Shown: in pieces, positions 1 to 8,119 of the stretch
Position numbering within the stretch: position 1 is the first letter of the stretch
Layout of the letters: each line of letters starts with the position of its first letter
DNA from: Nostoc punctiforme PCC 73102
GTDB taxonomy: Bacteria > Cyanobacteriota > Cyanobacteriia > Cyanobacteriales > Nostocaceae
Length of the DNA stretch: 32,000 bases
Direction of reading: 5' to 3'
Assembly: GCF_000020025.1 (NCBI RefSeq)
Contig: NC_010632.1
Location: 30,001 to 62,000 of the forward strand
Notes under the pieces: generated by a model
What the model was told of the DNA's origin: nothing
The model's database searches: none
What the model saw: the letters and a program-made list of their open reading frames with translations, nothing else
Program-made: the position numbers and the translations under genes

Positions 1-750
1 GATGAAATCACGCAATTAAAAGGAGGAAAGAATTATGCAGCAGTATTAGTAGACTTAGAAACAAGAAGACCGATAGCATTGTTAGAGAAGAGAAATAAAG
101 CGGTTATAGCAGAATACCTATCCAGTCTGGGTTCAGAGATATTAAATCAAATAGAAGAAGTCAGCATAGACTTATGGATACCCTATAAAAGTTTAATCCA
201 AGAAATGCTACCGAATGCTCAAGTAGTAGCAGATAGATTCCATGTCATGAAACAAATAAATCAGGAGTTAGACGCAAGAAGAAAACAGGAAAAAAGAGCA
301 GCCTTAAAAATTAAAAATCGCCAAGAAAGAGAAAAGAAATTAACTGGCTTAACTCACAGTAAATACCCTTTGTTAAAGAAAAAAGAATGCCTCAGTTTTC
401 AGGAACAAGCTCAGATAGATTTACTCAAAAAAGTTGCTCCAGACTTAGGAGAAATGTATCGAAATAAAGAAGCCATTAGAGATATATTTGAAAGTCCCAT
501 AACCAGTGATGAAGCTTTAGATAAATTCCTGGAATGGACTCAAGGAGCTTATAAATTATTTCCCAAAAGTTGCCGAACTATAAGTAGATGGATAGATGAA
601 ATTCTTGCTTATTTTGATCGCCGAACTACTCAAGGTATTGTAGAAGGAATTAATCAGAAGATTAAGCTAATTAAATGCAGAGCTTATGGCTTAACTAACT
701 TTAATAGTTTTAGAAGAAGGGTTTTACTAAATTGGTATTTCTTTTGTTAA
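1..750 (+). CDS. ISL3-family DDE transposase, C-terminal ~250 aa (5' end lies outside the window)
   Basis: The frame is open from nt 1 (DEITQLKGGKNYAAVLVDLETRRPIALLEKRNK...), so the TTG at 79 in the ORF track is not the true start. Motifs ADRFHVMKQIN and IVEGINQKIKLIKCRAYGLTNFNSFRRRVLL are typical of the conserved C-terminal half of ISL3 transposases. Confidence 0.8.
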   Translation, partial: DEITQLKGGKNYAAVLVDLETRRPIALLEKRNKAVIAEYLSSLGSEILNQIEEVSIDLWIPYKSLIQEMLPNAQVVADRFHVMKQINQELDARRKQEKRAALKIKNRQEREKKLTGLTHSKYPLLKKKECLSFQEQAQIDLLKKVAPDLGEMYRNKEAIRDIFESPITSDEALDKFLEWTQGAYKLFPKSCRTISRWIDEILAYFDRRTTQGIVEGINQKIKLIKCRAYGLTNFNSFRRRVLLNWYFFC

Positions 751-776
751 TTTTACATATCTAGTCTGTGAGAGCC
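1..776 (+). mobile_element. Right end of an ISL3-type insertion sequence (outer boundary approximate, somewhere between 750 and 800)
   Basis: The transposase stop is at 748-750. Read inward on the minus strand from 776, the sequence GGCTCTCACAGACTAG resembles the GGCTCTT-type terminal inverted repeats I recall for ISL3 elements. The left end is not in the window, so the IR pair cannot be confirmed. Confidence 0.4.
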
Positions 777-3357
777 AATTATTATTACTGTTTTGAAGCC
801 AGAGACGATTGATTTCTCTAAGAGTTTCACAGGGGAAATTCTCCAGCAGTTCTCGCCACATTCTATAGTTTTCTCTAACCATGACTTGGTAAAAAATCCA
901 AGCAGTTTCCTCATCTGCTTCTTTCCAGTGTTGTTGCTGAAGATAATTTTCTAATTTTGTGCATAGTTTATCTTCTAACAATTCATTCGTACATTTTCTT
1001 AATTCTCCTTCAAAAGCTTGATCGGCTTCAGAATTATATTGAACTGCCAGCATCTCAGAGAATCCTTGTCTGAATCGTTTGGGATTTTCTTTGTTAGCAA
1101 ACTTCAATTGGAAAATCTCTTGCCATTTTTCTTCGCTTTTGTTTTCTTTATTCCCCCACAACTGATGTAATTTTTCATGAGCTTTTTGGCAGAGAGAATA
1201 TACCTCTGGTGCTTCTGGTAGTTTAATATTGGGGATGAGGTGGGGAAGAATGCGTGAGGCTCGATAAATCCTGTTTTCTTCTTGAAGGTTAGAACTGACC
1301 TCTATGAGTCCCAGTTTTAGCCCCCTTTGTAATTGTTGTTGATAATTAGGAAGCTCGTCACAAGCGGCTTCTAAAGCCACCATAGGTACAGGAATCTTAT
1401 AAACTAAGCAATGGCTAAGAATTTTCTGTAGTGGCTCATCAATAAGCTGATACAATTCCTTCCAAATAATTTTGTATTTCCACAGTTCGGGACTTTGTTC
1501 CAATTGAGTCAGTTTAGCTTCTGCATCTACACAGCTTAAAATTCCATCAAAAAACTCTAATAAGCGAGGATTACCATCCGCTAAATCTAATGCCCGTCTC
1601 AGTAAACTATCAGAAATTTTACCAGAGCTAAAATGTTTTAACCGACTAAGTTTTTTAGTTAACTCAGCATCTTTCAATGGTTCTAGACCTTCTTTATAGA
1701 AAAACTCTAGTAATTCAGAATCAAAATCATAGCGACAGGTAATAATAATTCTATTATTAGTTCCTGTTTCTTGGATTGCTTGTACTAAAGCTTCTAAAAT
1801 TGGAGCTACTTCAGCTTTAAGAACATGTTGCCCTTCGTCGGGGTCAAGATTCCATTCAAAATCATCCAAAATTAAGAGAAATGGTTTTTCACCAATTTCT
1901 GCTAATTGGTTAAATAGATGAGTAAGTTTAATATCTAGACTTTTACCAGATGTTTCTAGAAAGCTACGAATTTCTTGTAATTCTGGCTTAATTAATTTAG
2001 ACAGTAATTTTTTGATTAATTTCGATTCATCAATTTGCCGCCACCAGAGAACCTTTTCATGCTCAGGCAACCTATCCCATAGTCGAGAGGCTATGCTACT
2101 TTTTCCCCATCCTCCCATACCATGAATTAAGACCCCTACTTTTTCATCATCCGTTTTCAGAGTCCGCAAACAGTTTTGTAATTGACGGCGGCGACCAACA
2201 AAGTTTTCTCTTGTTGCCACCCTTAAGCGTTTTTCATCATCTCTGAACTCCACTTCATTAGACGGTTTAGGCAATTGTCTGCGTCTCGGAGTTCTTGAGC
2301 GAGTTACTAATGATTGGGGTAGTGTTGCTGCTATATAGAATCTTAATTTATGCCAATCTCTTGCTCCTTTATCAATTAAGACTTGATAGGTTGAAGATAA
2401 TGCTTGGGTAATGCTTATTCCCTGAGACAATTCCCCGTAAAATTTACTTGATGCGGCAGAAGCCTCAGTATCACGGACTTTTTCACCCCAACCTAAAACC
2501 GCGGTCGCACCCATGTTCAATAATTCTTCTGCCATCGAGGGGACTACACCATCAGAAGAATGGCCTGTACGACAACCACAGAGGAAAATTAAAGAGGGAA
2601 AAGAGGATCTAACAGTATCATAAATATTTCCACTATTACTATAAACGCAATCACCATATTCGTCTTCTGTGAGGAAACAGGGGTTTCCATTTTGATGAGT
2701 TGCATGACCTGTTAAATGAAAAACATCAAGATCATTTTGATATCCATTAACCACATATTCTAATTCTTTTAACCAACCACTCTCTTCTACTCTCAAATCT
2801 ACCGGAGTGCGTGCTGTTGCCTCTAATATGTCCGCTTCTTCTGCTTCATATTCTAATTCACCTAATTCAGATTCAACTCCTTTGGGGGAACTTGCCATAA
2901 ACAATAAATTAAGGGGACGATTTTCTGGGGAGTTAGCGTCAGGAGATTTTAGTAACTCAATCGCTTTTTGCTGCCCCTTAGAGACCCACCGTACTGGAAT
3001 AATCGATGGTCTTTTTTTGACTAAGAAATCCTCACCATCATGCAACAGTTCCCAAGGCAGATGAGCTAGTCCCTTATCTGTGGCAATCGCTATTACTAAT
3101 CCTTGCTGACGAGGCTGATTTAAGGCATTTGCTAGGAGGCGATCACATTTATCTAGCCACTTGTAGAGTTCTTTCCCAGTAGTAGCATAATCCTCAGCCA
3201 GATTAGTATAGTAGCGGGTGTCTGCCCTGTCCCTTAACTCTTGAATCTCAGCCAAAGGCAGTTCGTGTTCCTTGTAGTTAGAAGCGTTGTCCCAAAAATA
3301 GCGCAAAGAAACGTTTTTATTGCCTTGCATGGTCAAACTAATATGGAAAATTTTCAT
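727..3357 (-). CDS. CHAT (caspase-like protease) - P-loop STAND NTPase - helical region - truncated GUN4-like domain protein
   Basis: 876-aa ORF. The N-terminal ~340 aa carry a CHAT-like His/Cys dyad context (DVFHLTGHATH; LIFLCGCRTGH). The central NTPase has Walker A GMGGWGKSS and Walker B FLLILDDFEW. The C-terminal ~55 aa (HWKEADEETAWIFYQVM...NFPCETLREINRLWLQNS) match the first half of a GUN4 core. The ATG overlaps the upstream stop (TAATG at 3355-3359). Confidence 0.85.
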   Translation of the reverse strand: MKIFHISLTMQGNKNVSLRYFWDNASNYKEHELPLAEIQELRDRADTRYYTNLAEDYATTGKELYKWLDKCDRLLANALNQPRQQGLVIAIATDKGLAHLPWELLHDGEDFLVKKRPSIIPVRWVSKGQQKAIELLKSPDANSPENRPLNLLFMASSPKGVESELGELEYEAEEADILEATARTPVDLRVEESGWLKELEYVVNGYQNDLDVFHLTGHATHQNGNPCFLTEDEYGDCVYSNSGNIYDTVRSSFPSLIFLCGCRTGHSSDGVVPSMAEELLNMGATAVLGWGEKVRDTEASAASSKFYGELSQGISITQALSSTYQVLIDKGARDWHKLRFYIAATLPQSLVTRSRTPRRRQLPKPSNEVEFRDDEKRLRVATRENFVGRRRQLQNCLRTLKTDDEKVGVLIHGMGGWGKSSIASRLWDRLPEHEKVLWWRQIDESKLIKKLLSKLIKPELQEIRSFLETSGKSLDIKLTHLFNQLAEIGEKPFLLILDDFEWNLDPDEGQHVLKAEVAPILEALVQAIQETGTNNRIIITCRYDFDSELLEFFYKEGLEPLKDAELTKKLSRLKHFSSGKISDSLLRRALDLADGNPRLLEFFDGILSCVDAEAKLTQLEQSPELWKYKIIWKELYQLIDEPLQKILSHCLVYKIPVPMVALEAACDELPNYQQQLQRGLKLGLIEVSSNLQEENRIYRASRILPHLIPNIKLPEAPEVYSLCQKAHEKLHQLWGNKENKSEEKWQEIFQLKFANKENPKRFRQGFSEMLAVQYNSEADQAFEGELRKCTNELLEDKLCTKLENYLQQQHWKEADEETAWIFYQVMVRENYRMWRELLENFPCETLREINRLWLQNSNNNWLSQTRYVKLTKEIPI

Positions 3358-3689
3358 TACTCAGATTTCTCCAGAATTGCTTGGATTTGCTTTAATGTTG
3401 TTGTGTCCTTGAGCAGTAATCGACGACCATCAGCAGTAACAATCAAAACCTTCTCAATCTTTGCTCCAGTAAGGTTTTGTCGAGAATTCTGGTATTTCTG
3501 ATACCATTCATAAATTGCTTTAGCAATTGTTACAGTTGCACTTGCAATTCCAAAAATCGCGGCGATGGTGGTTAGAGGTTCCCCCCGTTCTACTTCATCA
3601 ACTGTCTGATAGCTTCCCTCTATCCCCTCAATCGCTAACAGTTCTTCTGTAGCTCTTACCGCATCTTGTCCTTGGATTTCAATTTTCAT
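3357..3689 (-). CDS. Small hypothetical protein with one hydrophobic helix, translationally coupled to the CHAT-STAND gene
   Basis: 110 aa with an acidic N-terminal third and a hydrophobic segment LTTIAAIFGIASATVTIAKAIY. The stop codon shares 1 nt with the CHAT ATG. No family recognised. Confidence 0.6.
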   Translation of the reverse strand: MKIEIQGQDAVRATEELLAIEGIEGSYQTVDEVERGEPLTTIAAIFGIASATVTIAKAIYEWYQKYQNSRQNLTGAKIEKVLIVTADGRRLLLKDTTTLKQIQAILEKSE

Positions 3690-3811
3690 GTTTTTAAATT
3701 TTCTATAGAATAATATTGAGATTTCAATGCAAAGATTTATGTAGAGATCAGATTGGTCTACATATTTGCTATTTATTGCTTCAAGTTTTCTAACTTTATA
3801 GATTTAGTACC

Positions 3812-3958
3812 TTACATTTGAGAAGATGATTGCACTTCATTAGTTTTCAACCACTCCTCAATCATCTCTACTACGACATGACTCATCTTCAGCCCACGTA
3901 AAGCGCAAGCTGCATGAAATTGCTTCTTGATATCATACTGGATACTAATCTGCATCAT
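3812..3958 (-). CDS. Ribbon-helix-helix (CopG/Arc-like) small DNA-binding protein, 48 aa (below the ORF-track length cutoff)
   Basis: Hand translation gives MMQISIQYDIKKQFHAACALRGLKMSHVVVEMIEEWLKTNEVQSSSQM. It shows a beta-strand (QISIQYD) followed by two helices, as in RHH proteins. ATG at 3958, TAA at 3812-3814. It lies upstream of and co-directional with the 110-aa and CHAT genes. No clear SD. Confidence 0.5.
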   Translation of the reverse strand: MMQISIQYDIKKQFHAACALRGLKMSHVVVEMIEEWLKTNEVQSSSQM

Positions 3959-3962
3959 GGTT

Positions 3963-4016
3963 AGTCTGGATAGTGTCTGTATAAAGCTACAAATGTACAG
4001 GACGCGATTCCAGACT
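3963..4016. promoter_or_regulatory. Nested imperfect palindrome (candidate operator) in the divergent region between the RHH gene and the 4123 gene
   Basis: AGTCTGGA (3963-3970) pairs with TCCAGACT (4009-4016). The inner arms are GTCTGTA (3975-3981) and TACAGGAC (3996-4003). The element begins 5 nt upstream of the RHH ATG. Confidence 0.3.
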
Positions 4017-4122
4017 GACTATAGCAGTCTCAGTAAGTTTACGATAGAGCTTGCTTGAGTAAATTTCAGCTTTTCCACCGAATACTCGCTTTACCAGCAG
4101 CAAACAGCAATTTTCGTGTAGG

Positions 4123-5241
4123 ATGCTTCATGTGATTATGCCGATTGAAGATATGCTCTGGGCATCGCGGCAAAAGCCTTCAGTTACGCAATTGTGGCAG
4201 GAGTGCTGGACGGCTGACCCCTACGGTTCTCGGTGGATGCCTTTATCCACGGCTTTGGGTTACAGCAGTTTTATCTGTGCAAAGAAAATTCTAGCTGAAA
4301 GTGGGTTGTTCATTTTCAAGCCAGACAAATCTATTCAGGATGGACGCGAGACTGTTGGCTGGATGGTGCGGAATTTGCACGGCAGCAGAATGAAGGAGTT
4401 TTGGGAGAAACCTAATGCTGAAAACGAGGAAGCAAATTCTACAAAACAAGAATCAAATGCTGAAAATACAGAGATGAATGCTGGCTCTGAAGAAATGGGT
4501 GCTTTGTACAAAGCACGTATTTTAGTCCAAAGTCCATCAGAGCAAGAGTTTCAGAAACCCTCACGAACTGGTCAGAAACTCCTCACAAACTCTACAAAAG
4601 AGATTGTGAGGAGTGTCTCTGACACGCTTACACGAATTTCGCGTGTAGAGGAGACGGCTGACGCGCCCTTGAGGGTCGCGTCGCCTCAGACTTTTGAAAG
4701 CGTGTTAGAGAATGAGGAAAACTCGCCTACGGCGAATGACTGTACATCCCTAACGCTCGTGAATGATGCACGGGGTGAATCTGCTTTGTTGATACGAGAA
4801 AGCCAGGATTGTAGTGTTGAAGCGATATTCCCTCATGAAGGTGATTGTTCCGCCGCGTCACCTGCCGAAATTGAAAAATCTTCAACTTCAGCGATCGCAG
4901 ATCAGAAAATAGAACCGAGTCGCCCCTCTGCTGAGTTGATGACTGAAAATTCAGTTTCGGGTGTAGAAATCAAAGCAGATCATGAGGGTGAAAGTTCCGC
5001 CGCGCCCGTCGTAAATCCTGAAAAATGGTCGCATGAGGCGATTGTTGCAAGGGCAAATGCGCGACCGGAGCGTATGCAGAAACTCAAAGTGGCAGCGAAT
5101 TCGGGGCATAATCCGGGGTTTGACTTTTTGCAGGAATGCTGGAATGATGATCCGGCTTTGCAGATTGTGATCAAGAAGCTGCTGGGGAAGTTTCCGCAGT
5201 GGGGGATTACTTGTGTTGATGAGGTGTTGGTTAACTCGTAA
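4123..5241 (+). CDS. Hypothetical protein, acidic and low-complexity in the middle, with a possible N-terminal globular domain
   Basis: 372-aa ATG-initiated ORF. Motif QECW-x-(A/D)DP occurs near both termini, and HEG(D/E)-x-SAA repeats internally. Locally more GC-rich by eye than neighbouring DNA. No family recognised. Confidence 0.55.
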   Translation: MLHVIMPIEDMLWASRQKPSVTQLWQECWTADPYGSRWMPLSTALGYSSFICAKKILAESGLFIFKPDKSIQDGRETVGWMVRNLHGSRMKEFWEKPNAENEEANSTKQESNAENTEMNAGSEEMGALYKARILVQSPSEQEFQKPSRTGQKLLTNSTKEIVRSVSDTLTRISRVEETADAPLRVASPQTFESVLENEENSPTANDCTSLTLVNDARGESALLIRESQDCSVEAIFPHEGDCSAASPAEIEKSSTSAIADQKIEPSRPSAELMTENSVSGVEIKADHEGESSAAPVVNPEKWSHEAIVARANARPERMQKLKVAANSGHNPGFDFLQECWNDDPALQIVIKKLLGKFPQWGITCVDEVLVNS

Positions 5242-5848
5242 TGCCTGAAGTTGCAAGAGCAGAGCAAAGTAAGCGATCAATCTCTGCTATATCGGGATCA
5301 AGAGTTTGGTCGTTCATAGCTGATTGAGCAACGTTTCCAGATTGACTACTTGCCGATGTTTGTTCCTGTATTTTGCGTAACTGATGTAAACGATTAATTA
5401 GTGAAGAACAGTGGTAAACCATAGCGGAGCGACTATTTACTTTTAACTTAATAAAAATCCGGCGTAGGTGAGCAGAAACAGTCGATTCGCTGATTTGGAG
5501 TTGGTTAGCAACTTTTTTATTAGATGAACCTAAACCAACCAGAGCAGCAATTTGCAACTCTCGTCCTGTTAAAATACTAATTAGGCTAGGATCTATAACC
5601 TCTGGTGTGTTCTGAGTTTTTACAATTGCATAGTGATTTCCATCAGCTTCAAAATGCCCAACTACAGCAAATGGAATAGTGTCAATAATAACCTCAGAAG
5701 TAAATTGTTGACTATTTTCTATAGGTGATTCGACTGCAATAATAAGAAAACTAGAGTTTTTTATGAAAAACTTACTAATGACATAGGAATCTAAAAGTAA
5801 GTTTCCAGCAAAAATACTAGAAGTTTGATCAACAGCCTGTACTTGCAT
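5231..5848 (-). CDS. LuxR/GerE-family transcriptional regulator
   Basis: The C-terminal segment LTGRELQIAALVGLGSSNKKVANQLQISESTVSAHLRRIFIKLKVNSRSAMV is a classic LuxR-type HTH. The N-terminal ~120 aa are unassigned. Its 3' end overlaps the convergent 4123-5241 ORF by 11 nt. Confidence 0.8.
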   Translation of the reverse strand: MQVQAVDQTSSIFAGNLLLDSYVISKFFIKNSSFLIIAVESPIENSQQFTSEVIIDTIPFAVVGHFEADGNHYAIVKTQNTPEVIDPSLISILTGRELQIAALVGLGSSNKKVANQLQISESTVSAHLRRIFIKLKVNSRSAMVYHCSSLINRLHQLRKIQEQTSASSQSGNVAQSAMNDQTLDPDIAEIDRLLCSALATSGITS

Positions 5849-6357
5849 AATTTTCTTAACTCTAAATTTAGGTATTAAGGGCTTGAGGCTGATATGTACC
5901 TAATAGGCTAAATGGTCTATAGACGAGAAGATATGCAGAAACTTTTTTGATCAGGAACTTAATTTTTTGGAATTTAGATAACGTATGAAGAAAACCCCTT
6001 TAAAGCTTTTCTAAACCCCGATGTTTTTATGATTTATGCCTATTCCTGTTATCTTTAGGTTAATACAGCGCACTTTTGGCTCTTATGCACAGTCATAATA
6101 GGTGTACAGAAAAATCCAAAGGCGTGATCTAAAAACATAAAAACTAGGGGAAAACAAATGTATTAATAATCAGTTCGCGTAAAAATAACGCTGCATAGCT
6201 GCTTCAACATTTCCCGTGATAAGTAAGAATACTGATACTATACACTAGGTGCTAACAGCTTGATCAAGCTAAAAAATGATGTAATTAAAATTTAAGATTT
6301 CGGATTCAATAATTCAACATTTATAGATATCAATTAAGTAACATCACGTGATATAAA

Positions 6358-7227
6358 TTATACTAAATACCAAAATCCTCTAGCGCCTATCCAAGGCTTA
6401 TTTTGTAATTTTGGGCTGTCTGCCCTATCATCAGCTAAGTCAGATGGACTGAATAGTAGCTTTTGGGATAACACATTAGCTTTTGGAGATTCTGGCACGA
6501 ACAGATGCAAAACTGTTAAGTGTAATCCTGCCCAAAGAAATTTGATAGTAGCAGTAGAAATCAGTAATTGTCGCAAATAATCTCGCTCTACTGAGACAAA
6601 AGAATCTCTAGGTGTGAGAACTTGACAAGAAATGCCCCAAAATTGTAGAGCTTTGCAAATTTCTGGAGGAAGATTTTTTTCAAAATCTGCTTCTTGCTGA
6701 TAAGTCAGAATGAAAGCAGAACCTAAACTTGCAGCCAGTGCTATGGTATCGCGGAAGGCAAGAGGTAAAATATAGTCTATAGTTTGAGATTCGTCGATTT
6801 GGCTGTCGAGGGATTTTGCCAGCGCTTCCCATTGCCAGAATATCTCTAGATTTCTATTTTTTGGAAGGAGAGATTCTCTAAGGCTATCTCCTAGCCAAAA
6901 TAAATTAAGTCTTGCTAAGTCATTCTCCATACGGAATTGTTCCCATCTTTTAAGTGACCAAAGCGTTTCCTCCAGCGCAACACGTTCTTGCTTGGCTGTT
7001 CTACAAGAGTTAATTCCTTTTGGAGTAATTAATTCTGGATGCTGTAAGTAAAAGGGAGAACTGTCAAGTATATGCCAAAGTTCTCGTACAACCCATAACT
7101 CCATCACTTCTCCTAACTGTTGAATTAGAGGGACTCCGTGGACAGAGAGAGCTAAGGCTGGGTCAATAATGCATATCTGAGGTTGGGAAAGAGGAGAATT
7201 GGTTTTGGGTAAGAGATCGTACTTCAT
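6358..7227 (-). CDS. Hypothetical protein (weak PIN-like pattern at best)
   Basis: 289-aa ATG ORF divergent from the AraC gene. The segments ICIIDPALAL, VVRELWHIL and FRDTIALAASLGSAFILTYQ are reminiscent of PIN-fold strand/helix signatures, but the acidic residues are not all present. Confidence 0.5.
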   Translation of the reverse strand: MKYDLLPKTNSPLSQPQICIIDPALALSVHGVPLIQQLGEVMELWVVRELWHILDSSPFYLQHPELITPKGINSCRTAKQERVALEETLWSLKRWEQFRMENDLARLNLFWLGDSLRESLLPKNRNLEIFWQWEALAKSLDSQIDESQTIDYILPLAFRDTIALAASLGSAFILTYQQEADFEKNLPPEICKALQFWGISCQVLTPRDSFVSVERDYLRQLLISTATIKFLWAGLHLTVLHLFVPESPKANVLSQKLLFSPSDLADDRADSPKLQNKPWIGARGFWYLV

Positions 7228-7548
7228 TACATTTGGCTATGGCATTAGGTTTTGATGATTTTAATATGTATCCCAGTATTTACTCTCTGGGAAGAAAGAT
7301 TGCTTAATTTAGTGCTTACAAGATAAATCAGAAAGCTTTTAAATACAATGCATAAAATTTGGATTTCGACTACTAGTTAAATTTAACTAGGTATAAAAGC
7401 TTAGTTAAAATGGGTGACTTGCAAAAATTCTGAAACAGTAATATCACTATAGAGAAAATATTTTTTGTTCACTCTCAAGAAAGTCAACAGATTTTTTAGT
7501 GAATTCATCAATTTAGGGATCATTACTGCTTAAACCAAAAAAGCATTT

Positions 7549-7968
7549 ATGAACAAGCATTGCACTGCTGATTTTCAGATAGTTGCAGAACAAGCCCTTG
7601 CCAATACTGCTAGATCACCAGATAGTTTAGTATCGATATTTCCTAGTAATCCTCAACTGAGTCAGGTCTTCCAATTTATTGAGACAAATTATAATCAACC
7701 AATCAGTTTATCTGACGTAGCTGTTGCCGTTGGTTACTGCGCGGCTTATTTGACTGATTTAGTACGACGCAATACAGGATATACAGTGAATGATTGGATT
7801 GTTGAACGTCGAATGGTAGCAGCACGCACTCTACTGCTAGAGACTGATCAATGTGTGAGTCAAGTTGCTCAAGCAGTTGGTTATCAGCATGAAGGTTACT
7901 TTTTTCGACAATTCCGCCGACATCATGGGATTACACCTAAAGCTTTTAGAAAGACCCAACGCAGCTAG
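7549..7968 (+). CDS. AraC/XylS-family HTH protein (DNA-binding domain only)
   Basis: 139 aa. Typical dual HTH: ISLSDVAVAVGYCAAYLTDLVRRNTGYTVNDWIVERRMVAARTLLLETDQCVSQVAQAVGYQHEGYFFRQFRRHHGITPKAFR. Confidence 0.8.
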   Translation: MNKHCTADFQIVAEQALANTARSPDSLVSIFPSNPQLSQVFQFIETNYNQPISLSDVAVAVGYCAAYLTDLVRRNTGYTVNDWIVERRMVAARTLLLETDQCVSQVAQAVGYQHEGYFFRQFRRHHGITPKAFRKTQRS

Positions 7969-8119
7969 AGTAGTAGCAGCCATTAGCGTTAATTGGAGTA
8001 AAGCAATAAAGCTGTAAATCCATTTAAATATTTGGCATATTTAACTTTAAATTTGGGAACTTTAAACCATTTTTAAAGTATCAAAATATTATACCTTAAA
8101 GCTGAAGAGCATCTTTCAA

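Noticed and set aside
2807-3501. Plus-strand ORFs 2807-3064 and 3241-3501
   Set aside because: They lie entirely antisense to the well-supported CHAT-STAND and 110-aa genes. They are low-complexity with no motifs, so they are likely shadow ORFs.
4951-5280. Minus-strand ORFs 4951-5280 and 4980-5267
   Set aside because: They are antisense within the 372-aa ORF, overlap each other in different frames, and have no recognisable features.
6257-6270. Perfect 14-bp palindrome AGCTTGATCAAGCT followed by A6, and ATCACGTGAT at 6343-6352
   Set aside because: Short palindromes in a long AT-rich intergenic region could be operator sites. Without repeats or conservation they cannot be told apart from chance.
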